From NCBI GenBank assembly GCA_946965045.2, contig OX337229.1, forward strand, positions 3,410,001 through 3,474,000: DNA of 64,000 bases, in the 5' to 3' direction. Each line of letters starts with the position of its first letter. Position 1 is the stretch's first letter. Of this stretch, positions 56,247-64,000 are shown piece by piece. The translations under genes were made by a program, and so were the position numbers. Origin of the DNA: Epithemia pelagica. Lineage: Eukaryota; Protista; Bacillariophyta. The notes under the pieces are model-generated. The model searched no databases. It saw only the letters and a list, made by a program, of their open reading frames with translations, and was not told the origin of the DNA.

Positions 56247-57322
56247 GGTGCAGCGTCGAGGTGCTTCGGGGGTTCTTAGATGCTATATTTCTCTGAGGAA
56301 GCGGGTTGTAGGCTGTAGCACGCGAAGACAAGGAATTACACCTTTTTCTGTCGACACAGTCGATGAAGAGCTGTGTCTTATGGAGAAGAGGTACGGCGCT
56401 TTAGTGGTGTTACCTCCGAGTTGTTGTGTGGTGTGTTTCTCGTTTCTCTAAAGAGACCCACAACAACTCTTTCTAGTCGTTGGTCGTGCTTCTCGCTATT
56501 GCCCGCAAACCAACTGGATCGTGTCTCGTTTTGTTTGGCGCCAACCGACGAAAGTCAACTACTTTGGAAAAGTCAATGGACCAATTCCCGGTTCCTGAGC
56601 GCGGTCTCGCTCAAACATTCATAGAGCAAAAAGCGATAGATGCGCGAACAACAAGATTGACCAGCGCTCGACCGATCGTGCATCAAGAATCAAGAATCAA
56701 GAATCGAGTTTCTCGAGCTACTCTCGTTATTGCTCCTAAACTCGAGTTATGTAGTCTAGAGGAGTAATAAACAGGGTGCCCATGCCGACGTTTGGAATTC
56801 CGACCATCACAAGCAATTAGCCATGAGATTCGGATGCATAAAATCTGATTGTCGAATAATGAGTACAGAGGCTGCGGCCAGAAGGCCGAAGATTCAGATG
56901 GTTGTATGGAGCTTTTGTAGGTACGAACTGTTCATACACAACAAACAACCATGTACCATATGATTTACCGAGACCGGGAGTGGTTTCTTCCCTTTGGTAA
57001 TGACCATTGTTCCGACTTGTTGATTCTGTCGCGTTAAATTGTGATGACCATTGTTCCCGCCTGTTGTATATTGGGTATTGGGATTGGGAGTAATAGCATT
57101 ACACCTGCGTTTGATATACGACTATGCCTTGTGGACCACCGGCAAAGAGTAGATAGCAGCACAAAATCTATGGGTATGGCATTTTGAAACTCCAACGAGA
57201 TGAGAAATTGAGGGCAGCTAGGAGTCCATATTTTGGTCCTAGAGAGAGGATCGTTTAGTGCTCTAATATCTCAAAGCAAGTTTGCTTTGGAAAGCATCTC
57301 GCAAATGGAAACCATTTCTTCT

Positions 57323-58174
57323 CTATGTTTTGAAAATGATCGTCTCAGAACTAGGTTTGCGTTCTGGATCTCGAAATGGGACAGTCGAGTTCTCAGCTGG
57401 AAAGCCAATCGGCATAAGCAAGAAGACTTTTTCGTTCTCGGGACGACCCAGCACCTCACGAATGCCCTTTTCTGCCCCCATTGGTGTCGATGTTAGTGTT
57501 ACCAGATTTGCATTCTGGATTGCCATGCACATGATTCCACATGCAAGTCCAACAGACTCTTGGACATAGTAGTTTTCCAGTCGCTCTCCGTCTTCATTGA
57601 AACTATGCGTTTGCTTAAAAACTGTAACGATCCAAGGTGCTTCGGTCAAGTACGGCTTTTCAACGTTCTCAGTTTTGTGAACTTGGCTGACCATGCCCTG
57701 TACATCATTGACCCAAGTCTTCTTCATTCTTCTTTGGTAATTGATGCTCTCCTCGTGCTCCACAAGGGCCCGAATCATTTGCTTCAGCTCTGGAGAGCTG
57801 ATTGCTACGAAGGTCCAAGGCTGTCGATGGGCTCCGCTAGGGGCTGTGCAGGCTGTTTGTAGAATGTTGAAGATAACGTCTTTTGGCACGTGATCGGGTG
57901 CAAAAAATCGGAGAGTTCGTCTCTTTTGAGCCAGTCTCAGCATTCTTTGAGATCTCTTGCGAATCAGGGAAAGCGCCAAACGTTCATGGTAGAATGGAGC
58001 ATGAGACTCATCTGACGATAGTGGCTTGCCTTGACCAGCTTCAAAGTCCCTCTCCTCTTCGGGAAAACGACTATGCGATCGACTGAACCAAGCTGCCGTC
58101 AGTGCAAAGGTAACTCCAGCCGTGACGATCACTGGAAGCAAGATATCTTGTCTCGATCTCATAGTCATCACCAT
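57323..58174 (-). CDS. IYD: Iodotyrosine deiodinase (nitroreductase superfamily) with N-terminal membrane anchor
   Basis: RRTLRFF, TAPSGAHRQPWTF, EHEESINY..RM, KPYLTEAPW, YVQESVGLACG, TLTSTPM, and LGRPENEK. Confidence 0.9.
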   Translation of the reverse strand: MVMTMRSRQDILLPVIVTAGVTFALTAAWFSRSHSRFPEEERDFEAGQGKPLSSDESHAPFYHERLALSLIRKRSQRMLRLAQKRRTLRFFAPDHVPKDVIFNILQTACTAPSGAHRQPWTFVAISSPELKQMIRALVEHEESINYQRRMKKTWVNDVQGMVSQVHKTENVEKPYLTEAPWIVTVFKQTHSFNEDGERLENYYVQESVGLACGIMCMAIQNANLVTLTSTPMGAEKGIREVLGRPENEKVFLLMPIGFPAENSTVPFRDPERKPSSETIIFKT

Positions 58175-58679
58175 TAACACGCTCGCGGTCAAATCAAACG
58201 ACAAAGCACAAATTGTGATACTCTATAATTCATCTTTGTCGACCCTGGGTGTGATTGCCTGTTGAGCACCCTTTCCCCTTTCCCTTTCGCCTCTCTCTAA
58301 AAAGTTGTTGGAAGTTGGAAGCCACTTTCAACCGCGACCGCGACGTCATGCCATGCGGGGAGAAATGCGAACATGGGCAATAATCTTTTCATCCAATGAA
58401 AGATTCCCGCCAGTCATCCTACGGTTACAAATCAGTTGCATTGACACGTACTTTATGAACAATACTAGTACACATTGTGTTATACTACTTATTTTGGTCC
58501 ACACACTTATGCTAGCGACATTCGTTCTTGTTCTTGCTATTATTTTATTGGGCACCCTGCAAATTTCGCTGATTGTTGTGATTGTTGTGCGCTTTTGCCA
58601 ACCTTTGTCGTTGTTCCACAGTTCAACAGATAGAAGCAACGAGTCAATCTGAAGGGCCTACTAACTACCCTACTTGTAG

Positions 58680-59097
58680 TGCCTCGTCTCGGGTTGTGCC
58701 CATTTCGGCCTAGAAACACCCTTTGGGCACATAGTTTCAACTAGATAGAACATGATCAATATTAGGCCTACGGCAACGTGTGGATGCTCAAAGTTCTTCT
58801 CCAAGACATCCTCTATCAACATTTGATACCCCATTGCACCCATATATGACATATCTAGGTCATATGAGCGCCTAGCCAAAAACCGAGCACAACCCCCCAA
58901 AGGAGGTGCTATGGAGGCACAGATATGTCATATATGGGTGCAATGGGGTATCAAATGTTGATAGAGGATGTCTTGGAGAAGAACTTTGAGCATCCACACG
59001 TTGCCGTAGGCCTAATATTGATCATGTTCTATCTAGTTGAAACTATGTGCCCAAAGGGTGTTTCTAGGCCGAAATGGGCACAACCCGAGACGAGGCA
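58680..59097. mobile_element. 418-bp MITE with perfect 177-bp TIRs derived from the right end of the piggyBac-like element
   Basis: 58680-58856 is the exact reverse complement of 58921-59097. Aligns ungapped to 14817 backwards with ~26 mismatches in ~194 nt by hand. Flanks are GTAG and CTAG. Confidence 0.95.
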
Positions 59098-59228
59098 CTA
59101 GCCCCGAGTTGTTTGCTCGTTGCTTGTTCGTAACCGCTCCAATTCCGGTGTTGCGTTTCAAGTCTCTTCAACTGGAAAGTCGTTAGGGAAACTGTAGATC
59201 GAAGACATCTTATAGCGAAAGAAACAAT

Positions 59229-60923
59229 ATGCTCGGTCTTGCCTTTGCGGAGGCACATCGATATCACCAAAAAATCGCTGAGCATGCCGAGGCTGAAAAG
59301 GCGCCTGGAAGGAAGCGGAGACTCAGGAGGAAAAAGAGTAAGCCAAAGGGTAAATCTTTGATTCCACCTATTCCGGTTGCAAAAAATCCAAGCAAAAGCG
59401 ATAGACATATAGCGAAAGATCTCTACTTAGCTTTGCGCTGCTGGTGGAAGGATGACCGCAAGAAGCAACTGCATCGGGTGTTGTTGGCGAACTGGGAAGG
59501 AGACTCCGTACTTGACCACATGTTGGAAGAAGGGAATTTCGCTTCAGTGAGGGGAAAGGTTATGAATAAAATCGAAGGGAAGGTTCTTATCGGACACGGT
59601 TTGGACTATTGCTTGTATTCATTGCAAATTCAACACCCGTGGGCAAATTTGCGGGATGGTGCGTCTTACCTACCGTTCATGAGGGAAACGGTTGATCCAT
59701 TGACAGTCATGTTTCTTCCTCGGAGCCTTTCCGACTTGATGGAAGAAATCTTAAACCGCAAACTTCCAGATGAACCCTCTACATATTCAATACAACAGGA
59801 AGCCAAAGGCTGTATGGATTTGTATCGTACGGTTCGTTATGAATGGGAGAACGAGATAACTAAGCTGATCCAACAAAAAGAGCGCCAACGGGAAGTTAAG
59901 CTCGAACCACGTGAACCGGTGCAACTCTCTTGTATATCCGAGGACCCCGACCAGAGGTGTGAAGATTTTATTCGGGGCAAGAAAGGAAATGGTCGTGGCC
60001 TTGCGCCGCCACTAACAAGCCGAAAGAAATATGACGACTCCCATGATCACGCCGAAGACCTGTCAACTCAGGCTCCCACCGAAGTGACACATGAGAGTGA
60101 AGACGCGTCACTGTCTGTGCGGGATGATTTGAGTGTGAGGTCGAAAACGTCGTCTGACAATATATGGATGCCTCAAGACGCAGCATTGGAAGACGGGAGC
60201 AGGGGAACAAATGGTTCGTGGGGCCTGTGGTTGCCAAGACCAGTACACGAGAGCACACATCCTATAGATGCAGATGATTGGTTAAATGAAGAATGGCTTT
60301 CAGAATCAAGAACATTGAAACCAGAGGAATTGGGACATTATGACGAAGAGAGTTTTGGACATCTTCCTTCTCGTTTATTGAACGACTCATCGTCGGATGG
60401 TTCGGACTGCGCTGTTCCTGTTCGTGAAGAATCAAGTCTTTTTGTGGAAGGAATGGATTGGCTTGAACCTGACATTGGAACAAGGAGATCAACAAGAAGA
60501 GAAACAAGGAATGGACGACACAGGAAGTCTCACTCACGAAACAAGTTAAGCTTAACTTCGATCCAAGAAGACTCATTGTTCCCCCGTGGTTCTGGTGAAC
60601 GAGGAAGAAATAGATCAATGCATTCAAGTGGCGACGATTGGCTAACCGAAGAACGCTCTTCGAATACGTCGCGGTTCCCATTTTTTCGCAAGCGATCAAC
60701 CGGTGCTGATGACGCGACTCGTTCAGCTGATCGTGTCCCTCGCCTTTATGGCGTGGGAGATACGGGCGATGATGAAGAAGGCCATGTCGATTATCCTCGT
60801 CAAGAAACGGAGTCTTCTCATCCGGTTTTCGCCGGTGGGCTTGACTGGGATAAGGACGAAACTACAGGGACTGGTAGTCCTCGCTTCTCCCTTTTTCGAA
60901 AGAAAACCAGCGGAACTGAATAG
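59229..60923 (+). CDS. REX4/ISG20-like DEDDh exonuclease-fold protein lacking catalytic residues, with long C-terminal tail
   Basis: GKVLIGHGL...HPWANLRDGASYLPF...SLSDL...EAKGCMDLY follows the REX4 pattern, but the acidic motifs are replaced. Confidence 0.6.
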   Translation: MLGLAFAEAHRYHQKIAEHAEAEKAPGRKRRLRRKKSKPKGKSLIPPIPVAKNPSKSDRHIAKDLYLALRCWWKDDRKKQLHRVLLANWEGDSVLDHMLEEGNFASVRGKVMNKIEGKVLIGHGLDYCLYSLQIQHPWANLRDGASYLPFMRETVDPLTVMFLPRSLSDLMEEILNRKLPDEPSTYSIQQEAKGCMDLYRTVRYEWENEITKLIQQKERQREVKLEPREPVQLSCISEDPDQRCEDFIRGKKGNGRGLAPPLTSRKKYDDSHDHAEDLSTQAPTEVTHESEDASLSVRDDLSVRSKTSSDNIWMPQDAALEDGSRGTNGSWGLWLPRPVHESTHPIDADDWLNEEWLSESRTLKPEELGHYDEESFGHLPSRLLNDSSSDGSDCAVPVREESSLFVEGMDWLEPDIGTRRSTRRETRNGRHRKSHSRNKLSLTSIQEDSLFPRGSGERGRNRSMHSSGDDWLTEERSSNTSRFPFFRKRSTGADDATRSADRVPRLYGVGDTGDDEEGHVDYPRQETESSHPVFAGGLDWDKDETTGTGSPRFSLFRKKTSGTE

Positions 60924-61290
60924 TCGAAATGGTCGAATGATATACATTCCTCTTATATTCTCATAAACATAGATCTCCTTATAAAGCCCTCGATTGTATC
61001 CGTGTTTCATTTAGTGCTGGAATCATCAAGATGGTCAATAATAAGAAACAAAATGACAGCGAGTAGCTCCCCCTATCGGCGAAAGAGGGAACCTCTAATG
61101 TTCGAGTTCACGCAAAGGTTTCGTTTTGATTCTCCTGTTTACTGCGGACTTGGGAGAAAACATTGTACTCCTAGGTAGGAGTAAATTGTGTGATTGTGAT
61201 GTGTTGGTAGAGAGAGCTACTCATAGGAGTAGGTGTATTGTAGAAGTAGGTAGAAGGGCTAGGTTGCTCTAGAAGATACTCCTAACGCTA

Positions 61291-61852
61291 CTCCCTCTGG
61301 AAACCCTTTGTTGCACCAATTGGTTTTTGGTTATTTTAGTCGCATTAAAAATTCACGTATACTCCAGTACAAATCTACAGGAGGACGGCTGGCTCATTCG
61401 GAGTATCAAAGTCTAAGAATAATATGGGGGATCATATAGAATGACATGCGCGCCTCTACACTACTATACGAAAAGTACAAAATATTTGGCGACGGAAGTC
61501 AAAGCACCTCAGAAAAAGGTGCCCTGATTGACCATGGTGATGAGGGTCAAAATGGCCCGACCACAGCATTGTGCCGGCAACTCTGGTCCCTTTGACACTC
61601 CAATAGAGCGTCCTGGCCCTCGCGCTCTCCTAGGAGGCATATAAGGATCAACCGGTACGGGATGAAAGTAGGTGCTTCCAATTCGTCCCTTTTTTTATCA
61701 CAGGTCGTCAGGAATACGAGATCGAACATATAAATTATATACCGAAATGTTCGTACTAAAAAGAGCTATAAGCCTATATAATTTTTTTGACCAACGGACA
61801 TACGCCCATGAAATGACCTTTTTTTGGTGCAACAAAGGGTTTCCAGAGGGAG
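61291..61852. mobile_element. Stowaway-like (Tc1/mariner) MITE, 562 bp, TA TSD
   Basis: Perfect 29-bp TIR CTCCCTCTGGAAACCCTTTGTTGCACCAA (61291-61319 / 61824-61852). TA at 61289-90 and 61853-54. Confidence 0.88.
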
Positions 61853-62000
61853 TACATCCTATGCGCGCAACCTACACCTACAAAAATCTCTCATAGCAAC
61901 TCTACCTTACTCCGTACTCCGTGATTTTCGCGTCCAACTTCTTCTCTTTCCACTCTCCACACAACTTTGAGGAAAGGGAAAGGGAAATTTCAAAAGGATA

Positions 62001-62438
62001 ATGCGCAAAGAAGATACAAACAATTCCAATCGATCTGATTTGCTCGGTAAGGAGGGCCTGAAACGAAGGCGTGAAAGGAAAACAACGCTGAATTCGAACA
62101 ACGATACAGCGTCGGAGGCCGCAGAAATTCAGCGGTCCTTGAACAGAACACAAGGACTTCTTCAGAGCCAGCTGTTGCATGTTACTCATGTGGCGTCGGC
62201 TATTGATGACGACGGAAAAGTACTTCGTAAAACTATGGACGAACATCAAACCATGAACGCATCAGGTGCAAAGAGCGCGCTGTCAAACCTTCAGAGAGCA
62301 CAACAAAAAGAACAACGTTATTTGATAGCTTCTATTGTTTTCTTTTCGGCAGTAGTTGTTTATATATTTGGGGCGAGAGTTATTATGCATCTTCCATTTG
62401 TTGACACTATTTTGCTCTCATTCAAGTCTTTGATGTAG
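62001..62438 (+). CDS. Sec20-like SNARE
   Basis: SLNRTQGLLQSQL...L+QRAQQKEQRYL SNARE-like heptads followed by TM FFSAVVVYIFGAR. Confidence 0.7.
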   Translation: MRKEDTNNSNRSDLLGKEGLKRRRERKTTLNSNNDTASEAAEIQRSLNRTQGLLQSQLLHVTHVASAIDDDGKVLRKTMDEHQTMNASGAKSALSNLQRAQQKEQRYLIASIVFFSAVVVYIFGARVIMHLPFVDTILLSFKSLM

Positions 62439-62453
62439 ATGTGAAGAAATAAA

Positions 62454-62762
62454 CTAGATTTCAGGTTCTTGGCGCCATGGCTGTCGATAAGCACCAGGGA
62501 CTTCATTGTTGTAGTTGTCCGTTGATAGACCCATGAGCCGGCGAACGCGTGGACCTATAATGATTAGTCCGAATCCAAGAGCAGCCCCGGCCGATGCAAG
62601 AGCAGGAGCGGGGTGTCGATGGATGAAATGTTTAATCCATCCATTTGGCAAAGTACGGTCAACCAATACAAGACAGCTTGCGACTAACGACACTACCGAA
62701 AGCTCGTGACCATCAAAGAAGGGCTCGTATTGGTACGGCTTTTTTGGATCATGCGCCCCCAT
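62454..62762 (-). CDS. Small membrane protein, possibly complex I NDUFA3-like subunit
   Basis: HRHPAPALASAGAALGFGLIIIGPRVRRLMG resembles the short TM + PxRRxxG motif of that subunit. Confidence 0.45.
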   Translation of the reverse strand: MGAHDPKKPYQYEPFFDGHELSVVSLVASCLVLVDRTLPNGWIKHFIHRHPAPALASAGAALGFGLIIIGPRVRRLMGLSTDNYNNEVPGAYRQPWRQEPEI

Positions 62763-63228
62763 GTTTCACGGTATCACTGACGAGCAACGCTAGAAGGATT
62801 AGAAAACCGATCACACAAAGAAAGAAGATGAATCGCGAGTCAACACAAAGATAACTTACGAACTTATTTACGGCAAAGAGAAAGGATTGAGTTGTTGCTG
62901 ATCGATGGAACCAGAGCCAGAGTGCAAACAGCCAACGATCGCAACAATCATCGGTATCTCCAGTCCACAGACACGATGCGTAAACGTAAACCCTCTCTTA
63001 CTCTGAGTGAGAGTCAGAAACTCTTAGAGTGAGAGTTATACATAAATACGTATTGTGACTTTTAATATATCTCCATTATGTAGGAAGTCTAGTATTGGGT
63101 GTGAATGTTGTGAATACGAAACAGTGTAGAAAATCACTACCTAGGTGCGGCTTGCGCGTTCGGTTGGAAGTGTTTTTTCTCAACAGAAGTGTTGGGAGTA
63201 AGTTTTCGCTTGTACCAAATCTTAGACA

Positions 63229-63789
63229 ATGGAGACTGGAAACAGCAACAATGAAATGAGAGACCTGCAAGACCCATTAACGGGGGGAAGTGGGGATGAC
63301 GCTGCGTCACAGTCTTCTCAGAGATCGGGAGCGTCTTTGCTGGAACGAATTCGTGCTCAGCGGAGTCGAGAAGCCGCCGCTTCAGCAGGAACAGCTTCTT
63401 CGCATCTAGAGAACGGCGGCGCAGCTAGTACCACTCCTTCCACCATCCAGGTTCCTCAATACAGTCAAATACCGCAAGATCAAGGGAGAGACGCCTCATT
63501 TGAAATACCAAGTCAGTCGATGTCTAGAGATAGTTTCTTCACGCAAGCATGGACCAATATTAGTCATTCCATGGAAACAGGGATGGCGTCGTTACAGCAG
63601 GAACGGACCGACTTGGAAGCACAAGATGCATTGTTACCTCCAACTGTTGATGAAGAAGAGAACTACAGTATGATTGGATACTTTACAACATTTGTGCGCG
63701 ACGTTTACGAGACTTTTCTGAATCTTCCTCTTTGGGTCCGCATCATTGTTGTGTTTGCTCTTCTATTCACAGCCTGGAAACTCATTTAG
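63229..63789 (+). CDS. Hypothetical tail-anchored membrane protein
   Basis: 186-aa ORF, disordered N-terminus, single C-terminal TM (VRIIVVFALLFTAWKLI). Confidence 0.65.
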   Translation: METGNSNNEMRDLQDPLTGGSGDDAASQSSQRSGASLLERIRAQRSREAAASAGTASSHLENGGAASTTPSTIQVPQYSQIPQDQGRDASFEIPSQSMSRDSFFTQAWTNISHSMETGMASLQQERTDLEAQDALLPPTVDEEENYSMIGYFTTFVRDVYETFLNLPLWVRIIVVFALLFTAWKLI

Positions 63790-63835
63790 ATTTGGCAATT
63801 GATCCAAATGTCTCATTTCATGAAGTGGCCGCTGT

Positions 63836-64000
63836 TCATCGTAATCTTGAAGATACATTCCTAACGAGCGGGCCACTGAGTCCTTTACTGGTCGTGGTAT
63901 GAGAATCCGAATATGATTCGACCAGTCCATGATTTCCGCCAATGAGGTCATTTTCCCTACTAGTGGTCATCTCTGATAATTTAAAATTGTTGTTGTTGAA
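63836..64000 (-). CDS. 3' end of a probable gene entering from the right edge
   Basis: Frame is open from 64000 (FNNNNFKLSEMTTSREND...SSRLR*) and is convergent with the previous gene. Confidence 0.3.
   Translation of the reverse strand, partial: FNNNNFKLSEMTTSRENDLIGGNHGLVESYSDSHTTTSKGLSGPLVRNVSSRLR

Noticed and set aside
56683-56706. (AAGAATC)n short tandem repeat; also (CCAAGAC)3 near 5290 and TACGAG repeats in spacers
   Set aside because: Ordinary microsatellite-type intergenic motifs with no further structure.
58346-59408. Short ORFs around and across the MITE
   Set aside because: Mirror-image products of the inverted repeat and low-complexity spacer.
1-64000. tRNA or rRNA genes
   Set aside because: No cloverleaf with A/B boxes or rRNA-like segment recognised by eye; tRNAscan-SE/Infernal would be decisive.

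Overview
Gene-dense eukaryotic nuclear window, most likely from a pennate diatom. The evidence is GT-AG introns of 61-114 nt, signal-peptide plus transit-peptide leaders, and diatom-type hypothetical proteins. About 27 host genes are present: PAT1-like, neuroglobin-like globin, plastid DHAR, C9orf78/Tls1, Arc1/AIMP1, neuroguidin, UPRT, a secreted CYTH-like protein, NARG2/ICE2-like, a ~2800-aa BEACH protein, NRF-6-like acyltransferase, GOS1, a CudA-like factor, a PH/coiled-coil protein, UROD, a pseudo-lipase, iodotyrosine deiodinase, a REX4-like pseudo-nuclease, Sec20 and others. Seven DNA-transposon copies are also present. The standout is an 8.4-kb piggyBac-like element (6423-14817). It is flanked by CTAG rather than TTAA and has ~240-bp imperfect TIRs. 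It encodes an intact three-exon 1178-aa transposase with an unusual N-terminal extension and a separate, apparently selected gene for only the C-terminal Cys-rich domain. It also carries further cargo ORFs behind a duplicated ~250-bp promoter cassette. Three more CTAG-flanked elements occur in the window, including a MITE built from two copies of the big element's right end. All family assignments are by eye from motifs; no database searches were run.
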